A DNA stretch of 31,605 nucleotides from a virus (lineage: Duplodnaviria; Caudoviricetes). Position 1 is the first letter of the stretch; each line of letters begins with the position of its first letter. The notes under the pieces were generated by a model, which was given only the letters and a program-made list of their open reading frames with translations, ran no database searches and had not been told where the DNA came from. This document shows, one piece after another, positions 8,153 through 15,885 of the stretch. Location of the stretch: positions 1 to 31,605 of the IMG/VR virus record IMGVR_UViG_3300044674_003242, one strand, 5' to 3'. The position numbers and the translations under genes are program-made.

Positions 8153-8529
8153 GCACCGCCCGCCCCGATCCCCGCCCGATGCTCGCCGCCTTGCTCGAGG
8201 CCAGCGACCGCACGGCCGCCGACGTGGCCCGCGATCTGGGCGTCGATCTGCTCGGCGACCGCCCGGCATACGACCGGGTGCGGCGGGTACTGGCGGGCGT
8301 GCTTCACCCACGCGACGCGCTCGAAGTGCGCCGCATCCTTGACGCCCTGGCCCCCGAGCCAGAGGCACGCGCCGCCTATGTGCGGTGCTATCTGTCGTGG
8401 GCGCAGTTCCCCGAGCTGCACGCCCTCGCATCATCCCATGGCCGGGCAGCGGGTCTAACCTCGTCGTCGTCTCCATCGAGCACCCCCGCTGGCCCGGCCC
8501 TCTCTTCTTCTGGAGACTCCAATGCCTGA
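8149..8529 (+). CDS. XRE-like helix-turn-helix protein
   Basis: LAALLEASDRTAADVARDLGV...VRRVLAG..HP...VRRILDAL; GTGA overlap. Confidence 0.55.
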   Translation: MSTARPDPRPMLAALLEASDRTAADVARDLGVDLLGDRPAYDRVRRVLAGVLHPRDALEVRRILDALAPEPEARAAYVRCYLSWAQFPELHALASSHGRAAGLTSSSSPSSTPAGPALSSSGDSNA

Positions 8530-9007
8530 CCCGATCCTGTGTCGAGCGCTTCAGCTCGAGTCGCGCCCCGATCTCCGTGACGCGCTGTCGGACGCGCTGC
8601 AGCGCGCGACCGGTGGACGGCGACGGGCGTTCAAGTCGATCGAGCTGGCCCGCTGGGAGGCTGGCTTGTGTATCTGGTGCGGCCAGACGGGGCGCGACAC
8701 CTCGCGGTACTGCTCCGACCGGTGCAGGGTGGCGCGCAATCAGTCCCGCAGCGCGAAGGAGACAGCGGTACCGGAACGCGCCCGCCGCACGCGCGCTCTT
8801 TGCGTGATCACCCGCGACACGTACCGAGCCCGGCTGCTCTCTTGGTACACGTTGGGCGACGGCACCAGCAGCGACACGCTCGACAGCGTTGCACGGGGGC
8901 TGCTGTCGTCCATGGCGGCCGACCTTGAGGCCGTTCGGTCGGCCTCACGTCTCGGTGTCCTGTCGCCGTCCTCGACGTGGGACGATGTGAAGGCGGCGAC
9001 AGAATGA
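8522..9007 (+). CDS. Zinc-finger protein
   Basis: CIWCG...RYCSDRCR; GGAGAC RBS. Confidence 0.65.
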   Translation: MPDPILCRALQLESRPDLRDALSDALQRATGGRRRAFKSIELARWEAGLCIWCGQTGRDTSRYCSDRCRVARNQSRSAKETAVPERARRTRALCVITRDTYRARLLSWYTLGDGTSSDTLDSVARGLLSSMAADLEAVRSASRLGVLSPSSTWDDVKAATE

Positions 9008-9528
9008 CCTACCCGTCCCTCACCTTCACGATCCTCGGCCAGCCCGTCGCGAAGGGCCGCCCCCGTGGCGCTCAACAGGGGCGCGGCGTCCGCATGTATA
9101 CCCCGAAGCGGACCCGGCAGTACGAGGCGAGGGTGGCCGCTGCGGCGCGTGAGGCGGCGGCAGAGGCGGGCGGCTGGACCGTCGGCGCTCGCGTCCCGGT
9201 GCGCGTCGAGGTGCACGCCATCTTCGACCGCCCGCAGCGGCTCTACCGCGTGAAGGACGGCCACGCCCGGCGCCCGCACACCCGGCGCCCCGACCTCGAC
9301 AACGTGGTGAAAGCGGTTCTCGACGGCATCGACCAGACCGACATCTGGACGGATGACGCTCAAGTCGTGGAGATCGCAGCCGTCAAAGAGTACGCGGCCA
9401 TCCTCGACCGCGCCGCTCGGATCTGCGAGCTGCCCCGCGTCGAGGTCACGATCCGCGTGCTGCCACTGCTACCCGACCCGAAACCACCGCCGCCACAGCC
9501 CGACGCCGCCGAGTGCTCGGCCGACTGA
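9004..9528 (+). CDS. rusA: RusA family Holliday junction resolvase
   Basis: GQPVAKGRPR...MYTPKRT...RPDLDNVVKAVLDG...WTDDAQVVE...PRVEVTI; ATG 9004 in ATGA overlap. Confidence 0.93.
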   Translation: MTYPSLTFTILGQPVAKGRPRGAQQGRGVRMYTPKRTRQYEARVAAAAREAAAEAGGWTVGARVPVRVEVHAIFDRPQRLYRVKDGHARRPHTRRPDLDNVVKAVLDGIDQTDIWTDDAQVVEIAAVKEYAAILDRAARICELPRVEVTIRVLPLLPDPKPPPPQPDAAECSAD

Positions 9529-9596
9529 ACCGCCAGAACCGTCAACCGCCCCTGGCCGCGCTGGTCAGGGGCACCCTCACCCATGGAGACACCATG
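9526..9596 (+). repeat. Intergenic hairpin plus RBS element, copy 1
   Basis: TGAACC...TCAACCGCCCCTGGCCGCGCTGGTCAGGGGC...CACCCATGGAGACACCATG; 10-bp stem 9548-9557/9563-9572. Confidence 0.7.
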
Positions 9597-10073
9597 ACCC
9601 TCCCTGCCCTCGCCCTGTCCATCCTCCTCCCCGCCCAAGCCGGCAAGCTGGCCGACGGCTTCCGCGGCCTGCCCTTCGGCGATGCCTCCGTGGCGGCCAC
9701 TCAGCCGCTCGACGACTGCCTCGCCGGCGATGTTGAGGGCGTCCTCTGGCTCTGCACCAGCACGATCGGTTCAAGCCCGGTGGTTGTGGCATACATGGGC
9801 GGCGACGGGCTGTTTACGGGCGTCTACATCACGGCGCAGGGCTACGAGCACCGCGCGCCGCTCCTGGCCGCGATGCAGGGCGCCTGGGGCGCTGGCATCG
9901 AAGGCGGCGCCCGCATCGACCGGATCTGGCGTGACGGCACGGTCATCGGCAGCTTCAAACACAACCGCTACTCGGGCGAGACGGCCGTAGCTATTTACGA
10001 CACCGCCGTCTCCAAGGAGCAGAAGGCGCGGGCTGCGGCGCGTGCGCGGAAGGCTGCGGCCGGCGACCTCTGA
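9594..10073 (+). CDS. Exported protein with signal peptide, 159 aa
   Basis: MTLPALALSILLPAQA|GKLADGFRGLPFG: hydrophobic core plus AxA cleavage site; GGAGAC RBS. Confidence 0.7.
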   Translation: MTLPALALSILLPAQAGKLADGFRGLPFGDASVAATQPLDDCLAGDVEGVLWLCTSTIGSSPVVVAYMGGDGLFTGVYITAQGYEHRAPLLAAMQGAWGAGIEGGARIDRIWRDGTVIGSFKHNRYSGETAVAIYDTAVSKEQKARAAARARKAAAGDL

Positions 10074-10132
10074 ACCACCCTCAAACGCCCCCGGCCCGCG
10101 TGGTTGAGGGCTCACACCCTGGAGACACAATG
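10071..10132 (+). repeat. Intergenic hairpin plus RBS element, copy 2
   Basis: TGAACC...TCAAACGCCCCCGGCCCGCGTGGTTGAGGGC...CACCCTGGAGACACAATG; core 22/31 identical to copy 1 without gaps. Confidence 0.7.
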
Positions 10133-10432
10133 GAATCCCCCGAAGAGCTCGCCGACGGCGTGCCGTCCTACCCCGTGACGCCGCCCGCCGCGGTGGCTTG
10201 TACCGTGCCCGGCTTGACCGTCAGGCGCTACCACCCCGCTTGTCCCGCGTGGGGCGAGATCCGGCACATTACCAGCGGGGAGCGGGTGATCTACCTGCGC
10301 ACCGTCGAAGCCTTGCAGCCGGCCCTCGACGCGCTGGCCGTCGCCGACTGGACCGGCCCGGCCGATGTCGTCGCGCAGAACCGCGAAGCCTTTGACGCCG
10401 CGCTGCTGGTCGAGGGGGTGACCCATGGGTAG
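10130..10432 (+). CDS. Hypothetical protein, 100 aa
   Basis: GGAGAC RBS before ATG 10130; fits operon tiling. Confidence 0.7.
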   Translation: MESPEELADGVPSYPVTPPAAVACTVPGLTVRRYHPACPAWGEIRHITSGERVIYLRTVEALQPALDALAVADWTGPADVVAQNREAFDAALLVEGVTHG

Positions 10433-10673
10433 CATCAACCGACCGCCGATCTACCTCGACCAGCCCGAAGCCATCGGCCGCCGGCTGCGCATCCTTCGCG
10501 ACCGCGCCGGACTGACCTCGGCCGACCTGGGCGCAGACGCCGGCATCGACTCGCGCACGGTGCGGCGATTCATGGCGGGGGAATCTATGGTCCTCGCCGG
10601 CCGGATCGCTGGCCTCTTCCTCGCGCTCGGCTACCGGGTGCGCCTCGAACTGGAGCCCATCAATGCCCCGTGA
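10425..10673 (+). CDS. XRE-family HTH transcriptional regulator
   Basis: IGRRLRILRDRAGLTSADLGADAGIDSRTVRRFMAGE...LFLALGY. Confidence 0.85.
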   Translation: MGSINRPPIYLDQPEAIGRRLRILRDRAGLTSADLGADAGIDSRTVRRFMAGESMVLAGRIAGLFLALGYRVRLELEPINAP

Positions 10674-11088
10674 TCAATGCCACTTCATACGCCACTATGG
10701 CCCGTGCGGACGGGTCGCGACGAGGACCGCGTGGGTCGGGGTGGACAGCTTCCCCGTCTGCGCCGGCTGCGACGTGAAAGTCCGGCACATCCAGAGCGCG
10801 CGCCGTGTCGCCGCCGAACGGGTGGCGGCGGGCCTCGAGGCCGAGCCCGTGCACCCGAACTCGGTGCTTCGGAAAGCCTCACCCACGCAGGTACTCCGGG
10901 CGCTCCGGGCGGCCGGGCACACCGACGACGACGGATGGTGCCGCATGGCCGAGGTGGAGGGCAAGCTCGCCGACGCCGGGATCAGCGTCTCGAAGAACAC
11001 GGTTAGGCGCGTGCTGTCCGATCTGGTCGCCAGTGGCGCAGCCGAGCGACGGGGCCGCATCGCCTCGACCCGCTTCCGGGCCGCCTAA
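10663..11088 (+). CDS. Zinc-binding plus winged-helix DNA-binding protein
   Basis: N-terminal C..C..CxxC; C-terminal QVLRAL...MAEVEGKL..AGISVSKNTVRRVLSDLVASGAAERRG. Confidence 0.7.
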   Translation: MPRDQCHFIRHYGPCGRVATRTAWVGVDSFPVCAGCDVKVRHIQSARRVAAERVAAGLEAEPVHPNSVLRKASPTQVLRALRAAGHTDDDGWCRMAEVEGKLADAGISVSKNTVRRVLSDLVASGAAERRGRIASTRFRAA

Positions 11089-12569
11089 TCCGCCAGCGGG
11101 AGGCCGAGCGCGTCGCCGATCTCCTCGGTGCGCGCTTGGCCGACCATCTGCCGGCCGTTGTAGAACGTCCGGCCGCCCTGGATGGTGTGGACTGACCAGT
11201 GGTCGTAGCCGTCGCCGTAGTGGACCACGCCGTATCCCTGTTGCCAGTCGAGCCGCGACCCGGCGGCGGGCGTGCGGCTGGTGTCGCAGAGACAGCCGGG
11301 GGTAGCTGCCGTGATGACCCGCGCGCCCCCGTGGTCGTAGACCGTGCGGTGGGCGATCGAGACGCGGTGGACGTGGCCGAAGCCGGTGCTAACCCTGGCC
11401 TCCCCCACGACAGCGCGGGTGGTCGCCCCGCCGCCCGAGCGCACCTTGTCGCCGTGGGTCAGCATCACCCGCGGCGACAGGTACGCCGCCTCACCGTAGG
11501 GCGCGACGTACTCAATCCCGAGCTGGTCGAGTGCGAGCAGCCGGGGCAGAGACAGCGCCGCCCGGTCATCGCCGACCGCGTGCAAGCCCTCGACGTGGGC
11601 CGCCTTCTCCACCAGAAGCCGAGCGATCCGCGCTTCGTGATTGCCTTCCAGGTACACGATCCTCGCCGCCGGGCACGCCGCCCGGAGCTCGGCGAGCCAG
11701 TAGTGCAGCGCATAGAGCGCCGCCTGCGACGTGTCGAGCAGGTTCATCGGGCGTGGGAACCGCGTAGACCACTCGGCCAGGTCGAGCATGTCCCCGAGGA
11801 GCACGATATCGTCGGGCTGCATCGCGGCGGCTACCTGCGTCACGGCGTCGCACGCCGCCATGTCGTGCATCGGGAGCAGCGTCCGCCGGTCCTCGCCCCA
11901 CAAGAACCCATGCTGCGAATCCGGCACCAGCAGCGCCACCCGCTCGGCGGGCTCGATGTCAGGCACCACCCGCGGCGCCGGCGGGCCGTTGTACCGGACG
12001 CCGATCACCTCGGGGTCGATGAGCCGCCGCTCGAGCCGCGCCTTGACCTGCCAGTTTCTTACAATGCTCGGCCGCCCGTCCTCGCCCTTTAGCGGGGTGG
12101 TCCAGGTGTTTACGGAGTGGTCCGCCACCCGCCACTCGTCAAGGTCGATCTCGGCCACGCGGGCCAAGTCGTCCACATTCTTGACCAGCCCTTGCCCTTT
12201 GGCTGACACCTGTAGCGTCCCCTCGGGGCCGTTCTTCGTCTCCACCCGTGGCGCTCTGACCGGGGGCGGCTTCGGGACTACGCGCGCCTCAGTACCAGCC
12301 GGCGCCGATCGGCCGGGGTCGCAGTACCCCGCGGGCCAGCCTTCCGGCGGCGTGGGTAGGCCGTAGTCGTTGATCACGCAGCGCAGGAACCGCGCCACGG
12401 TCACCGGGCACGATTCGCGCTCACCCCACGGCGACAGGTACGCCAGCACCTCGGCCGTAGTCAAGCCGACCAGGTGCGGGCCGTGCTCATGCCATGCGGC
12501 CAAGGCGTCGGGGCGGTCGGGCGCGCAGTGGTCCGTCCGTAGCTTGCGCCACCTCACAGGGGTCGGCAT
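11085..12569 (-). CDS. Calcineurin-like metallophosphoesterase with long N-terminal extension
   Basis: All five motifs present: PDSQHG, LGDMLD, EGNHE, THGD, GHVHR. Confidence 0.9.
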   Translation of the reverse strand: MPTPVRWRKLRTDHCAPDRPDALAAWHEHGPHLVGLTTAEVLAYLSPWGERESCPVTVARFLRCVINDYGLPTPPEGWPAGYCDPGRSAPAGTEARVVPKPPPVRAPRVETKNGPEGTLQVSAKGQGLVKNVDDLARVAEIDLDEWRVADHSVNTWTTPLKGEDGRPSIVRNWQVKARLERRLIDPEVIGVRYNGPPAPRVVPDIEPAERVALLVPDSQHGFLWGEDRRTLLPMHDMAACDAVTQVAAAMQPDDIVLLGDMLDLAEWSTRFPRPMNLLDTSQAALYALHYWLAELRAACPAARIVYLEGNHEARIARLLVEKAAHVEGLHAVGDDRAALSLPRLLALDQLGIEYVAPYGEAAYLSPRVMLTHGDKVRSGGGATTRAVVGEARVSTGFGHVHRVSIAHRTVYDHGGARVITAATPGCLCDTSRTPAAGSRLDWQQGYGVVHYGDGYDHWSVHTIQGGRTFYNGRQMVGQARTEEIGDALGLPLAD

Positions 12570-12580
12570 CGTGGGCTCCT

Positions 12581-12766
12581 CTATCGGTCGGCGGCGTCTC
12601 GGCGCGAAATCGCCGGGCGCTCGCGGATCTCGGTTGCGTCATCCTCGGCCCACTGCTCGACCACCACAACCGACGGCGCAAAGGCCCGGCGTAGCTGCTC
12701 GGCGTGGCGCAGGAGACAGGCGGCGACGGCGGCGAGCTCGGCGCGCTGCTGGGGCGTCAGGCTCAC
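12581..12766 (-). CDS. Hypothetical protein, 61 aa
   Basis: GTGA overlap with upstream stop; fills the gap in the operon. Confidence 0.6.
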   Translation of the reverse strand: MSLTPQQRAELAAVAACLLRHAEQLRRAFAPSVVVVEQWAEDDATEIRERPAISRRDAADR

Positions 12767-13134
12767 CGGTCGCCAGCCCCACGGAGTAGGGCCTGCATGG
12801 ATGCGATTCCATCCCGCAGCGGGCGCAGGTCGGCCTCGACGGCGTGGCCCTGGCGCTCGAGCCGGTCACGCACGGTCACGATCTCCCGGTCGAGCCGGTC
12901 GAGCCCTTCGCGCAGTCGCTCCCGGTCGGACTCAGCGCGCACGCCGGCCATGTTCAGGTCATCGACGCGCGCCGTGAGCTTCGCGATCTCTTGGCGCAGC
13001 GCTTCGGCGTCCCGGTGGCGCTCCGCACGTTTCGCGGCGCCGGCGAAGTGCTGCACCGCCTGTCCGACCGTGGCGGTGAGCGCGGCGATGGCGGCCGACA
13101 ACCCGGCGGCCTCGGGCGCGAGATCAATCGGCAT
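12763..13134 (-). CDS. Coiled-coil protein with weakly hydrophobic N-terminus (lysis-region protein)
   Basis: AAGLSAAIAALTATVGQAV followed by heptad-like LRQEIAKLTARVDDL...LREGLDRLDREIVTVRDRL. Confidence 0.7.
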   Translation of the reverse strand: MPIDLAPEAAGLSAAIAALTATVGQAVQHFAGAAKRAERHRDAEALRQEIAKLTARVDDLNMAGVRAESDRERLREGLDRLDREIVTVRDRLERQGHAVEADLRPLRDGIASMQALLRGAGDR

Positions 13135-13495
13135 CCCCGCCCCCTACGGCCGTCGCGAGCATCATGTCGGCCAGTGCGGCGGCGTCGATGGCAATGCAGA
13201 GGACCGAATGGTCGCCCATCGGCAGCAGGCACCACGCCAGCGAATCGGGGGAGGTCTTGCCTGGCAGCACGACCGCCTCGACGGCGATGGTGGGCTCCCC
13301 CGCCTGCGCCGCCCGGTAGCTATCAAGCCACGGGCCAGCGAGCCCGAAGTAGTCGCGGTGGTCGATGTCGGCCCACGCGCGCGGCGGCCGGTAATCCCCC
13401 GGCGGGCTGTACGTGCGCGCCCAGCCCTGCGAGACGCAGCGGTACCTTCCGTCGACCCGGATGTGCGCAGCGACCACGGGCTCCGCGAGACTCAC
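13124..13495 (-). CDS. Stand-alone PAS-like domain protein, 123 aa
   Basis: GTG 13495 in GTGA overlap; PVVAAHIRVDGRYRCVSQGWARTY...DIDHRDYF...PWLDSYRAAQAGEP...DSLAWCLLPM...VLCIAID follows the PAS_4-type pattern (by eye). Confidence 0.6.
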   Translation of the reverse strand: MSLAEPVVAAHIRVDGRYRCVSQGWARTYSPPGDYRPPRAWADIDHRDYFGLAGPWLDSYRAAQAGEPTIAVEAVVLPGKTSPDSLAWCLLPMGDHSVLCIAIDAAALADMMLATAVGGGDAD

Positions 13496-13905
13496 AGCGT
13501 CCCCCGCGACGGCGCGGCGTCCTCCTGCGGGGTGCACCCTGGCAGGGCTGCAATCATGGCCGCCTCGACTGCCCGGCATTCGGGCCGCTGGGCGGCGCTC
13601 TGACCGTACTGCAGGCACGTCGCCCACTGGCAGGCCACGCCCAAAGGGTCGCCACCCATGTCGCGCCGGCATTGTGCGGGCACCTCGGCCAGCGTGGCCC
13701 GCACCTCGGCGTCGATGACCACCGGGCGGCCAGCCGCTTCGGCCACCCGTTCGAGGGCGTCGCCCTGTGCGGCGAGCGTCGAAGCCTGCGCTTCGAGGGC
13801 GTCGGAGTAGTCCGGCCCGGTCGAGCGGCCCAGCGCAAAACCGCCAGCCCCCACGCCGATGACGGCCAGAGAGGCGAGGATTACCGCGGTGGCGACGGCG
13901 GGCAT
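13492..13905 (-). CDS. N-terminally anchored membrane protein with Cys-rich C-terminus (spanin position)
   Basis: TM segment VATAVILASLAVIGVGAGGFAL, short helical region, five Cys; follows holin; AGGAG RBS. Confidence 0.65.
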   Translation of the reverse strand: MPAVATAVILASLAVIGVGAGGFALGRSTGPDYSDALEAQASTLAAQGDALERVAEAAGRPVVIDAEVRATLAEVPAQCRRDMGGDPLGVACQWATCLQYGQSAAQRPECRAVEAAMIAALPGCTPQEDAAPSRGTL

Positions 13906-13917
13906 AGGCGACTCCTA

Positions 13918-14181
13918 TCAGTCCCCTACATTGTACCCCGTCGGCGCCGATTGCGCGCCCCGTTCGCGGCTTGTGGGAAGCCTCCCAGGGAGCGGAAAGT
14001 GCCTCGCACCGTACACTCCCAGCCCCATTCCGACGGAGCCGATCACCACCACGGCGAGGTCGGCATAGGCGCGCACGGTCGCAGAATCGCCGCCCCCACG
14101 CGACAGCGCGACCAGCCCCAGCAGGAGGAGCAGGCCGTAGCCGGCGAGATGGTAGGCGGCGCGGAGGGTGGTCGAGGTCAC
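13918..14181 (-). CDS. Putative holin, 87 aa, two TM helices
   Basis: GTG 14181 overlapping endolysin stop; LAGYGLLLLLGLVALS and LAVVVIGSVGMGLGVYGA; basic C-terminal tail. Confidence 0.7.
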   Translation of the reverse strand: MTSTTLRAAYHLAGYGLLLLLGLVALSRGGGDSATVRAYADLAVVVIGSVGMGLGVYGARHFPLPGRLPTSRERGAQSAPTGYNVGD

Positions 14182-14642
14182 AGGCGCAGCCTCCGGTAGC
14201 CGCCCGACTCGGACGCATAGAGCATCTGCCCCCGCATCCGAGGGCCGCCGCCGAGGTGAACGTGCCCCCCGCGGCTGGGATGGTAGACGATGAGCTGGTC
14301 GAAAAGGAGCCCGACGGTGTGGGCTTCTTGCGCGACACCCATGGCCGACAGCCGGTGCGCCTTGAGGTCCACCGCCCACCCGCGCATATGGTCGGAGGTC
14401 TTCGACCCGCCGATCGCGGCGTTGACCTCTGGCGCCCGGTATCCGCTGGTAATGCGGATCGGCCCCACGATCTCCCGCAGCGGGTCGAGCAGGTGGCCGC
14501 ACAGCGCGGTCAGGTTCCATGCCTCAGCCTCGGGGATCGAGTTGTCGAGCCCGAGGCGCGCGGCGGCGCCCGACTGCGACAACTCGGCCCAGGTGAACCA
14601 CCGGCCAGGGCGTGCGGGCAGGTCTGGCGGGGGCTGGCTCAC
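14178..14642 (-). CDS. Endolysin, peptidase M15A family
   Basis: LDPLRE..GPIRITSGYR.PEVNAAIGGSKTSDHMRGWAVD...HVH zinc peptidase motifs. Confidence 0.92.
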   Translation of the reverse strand: MSQPPPDLPARPGRWFTWAELSQSGAAARLGLDNSIPEAEAWNLTALCGHLLDPLREIVGPIRITSGYRAPEVNAAIGGSKTSDHMRGWAVDLKAHRLSAMGVAQEAHTVGLLFDQLIVYHPSRGGHVHLGGGPRMRGQMLYASESGGYRRLRL

Positions 14643-14869
14643 GCGCCGTAGCCCGCAGCTACCAGGGCTTCGAGCACAGGATCGGCCACTTCGCGAGCCT
14701 CGGAGGCCAGCACGTCAGCACCGGCGGCGACGCGGGCGCGCTTGTGCGCGGCCAGTCGCTCAGCGTCGGCCACCGGAATGTGGATCACCACCTGATAGAC
14801 CGCCTCGTCTGCGCCGTCGCGTGTGACCTGCTGGGGGGAGACGGAATCAACGGTGCGGAGGTTGCTCAT
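14639..14869 (-). CDS. Hypothetical protein, 76 aa (possible fibre accessory)
   Basis: ATG 14869 in ATGA overlap with fibre gene; GTGA overlap with endolysin. Confidence 0.65.
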   Translation of the reverse strand: MSNLRTVDSVSPQQVTRDGADEAVYQVVIHIPVADAERLAAHKRARVAAGADVLASEAREVADPVLEALVAAGYGA

Positions 14870-15885
14870 GGGGTCACCCGGCGAAGTGCGGCACCCACCC
14901 GAAAGGTGCATGACGATTTGATCAGGAGGTGCAGGTATCGCCGGTCTTGTGGGCCAACAGAGCTCCCGCCGTCGTTGATGACAGACGATCCCGTGTTGGT
15001 CAGGTTCGCGGCGTCCGTGGGCAGCGCGGAGTCGCCTTGATCCCAGGAAAACGACCCACTGGCGCCGTGCCAGACCAGCCCCACGCGGGTTGGCGTAGTC
15101 GATACGTCCGTGACGGTGGGTGTCTCGATGTTGATGAAGGCCGTGGTACTGTTGGCCTCGCGGAACCGGATCTGCGTCTCGGTGCCGTTATAGCCGACCA
15201 ATGCCTGCCACTGGTTCGCGGCGTTGCCGGTGCTGGTGCCGCTCGACAGTTTGAACAAGATCCCCGACGTGGTGTTGGCGACCACGCTGGCGATTGCGAT
15301 GACGGCCATTACGACCTCATTCGAGACATCGACGCCGAGGTCAATGATGAGCGATGCCGAGTTGGCCCCGCTCATCGTGAGCGAGAGAAGCCCGCTCGAT
15401 AGGCTGATCGCGTCGGGGCCGGAGGTGCCCACGTAGCTGAGGGTTGTGCTCAGCCCGCCGATCGTGTAGGTGTCTTCACCGGTCGAAAACGTCTCGGAGG
15501 ACGCCGACCAGTCGAGCAGGGTGTCAGGGTAGGCCACGCCCGCGACCGTCGCCACGTTGACCACCGCCACGTCTGTGATGACCTGCCCGTCGCCGTCGTC
15601 GGTATGCGTACAGGTGACGGTCACCACGTCGCCGTCGGCCAGCCCGGTCGCAGTGTAGGGGCCGAGCCCCGAACCCGTCAGGCCAGCGCCGGAGCCGACG
15701 ACGTGCGCGAGGGCGACCGATGGAGTGGACGCGCCCGAGCCGCCCGTGGGCGCCTGGAACGTGATCGCGTCGCTCGACGTAGTGCCCGCGGCTTTCGCCT
15801 GGGTGCCGTTGGTAGGGGCGCCGCCTGACACAAGGTCAGGATTGCCACCGCCGCCGCCCGCGCCCGTTGCTCCGTTGATGTTCAT
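14866..15885 (-). CDS. Putative tail fibre/receptor-binding protein
   Basis: Gly/Thr/Ser-rich, beta-rich 339 aa at the end of the tail module. Confidence 0.6.
   Translation of the reverse strand: MNINGATGAGGGGGNPDLVSGGAPTNGTQAKAAGTTSSDAITFQAPTGGSGASTPSVALAHVVGSGAGLTGSGLGPYTATGLADGDVVTVTCTHTDDGDGQVITDVAVVNVATVAGVAYPDTLLDWSASSETFSTGEDTYTIGGLSTTLSYVGTSGPDAISLSSGLLSLTMSGANSASLIIDLGVDVSNEVVMAVIAIASVVANTTSGILFKLSSGTSTGNAANQWQALVGYNGTETQIRFREANSTTAFINIETPTVTDVSTTPTRVGLVWHGASGSFSWDQGDSALPTDAANLTNTGSSVINDGGSSVGPQDRRYLHLLIKSSCTFRVGAALRRVTP

Noticed and set aside
9526-10132. Repeats as a CRISPR array or integron attC sites
   Set aside because: Only two imperfect copies about 540 bp apart; no cas or integrase gene and no clear attC core sites
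13554-13838. Nested ORF as an Rz1-like o-spanin
   Set aside because: No hydrophobic signal or lipobox
13124-14338. 404-aa ORF as a single gene
   Set aside because: Its first 280 or so codons overlap endolysin, holin and membrane genes and are low-complexity; only 13495->13124 looks coding
14866-15885. Fibre as a diversity-generating retroelement target
   Set aside because: No reverse transcriptase or template/variable repeat pair seen in the window
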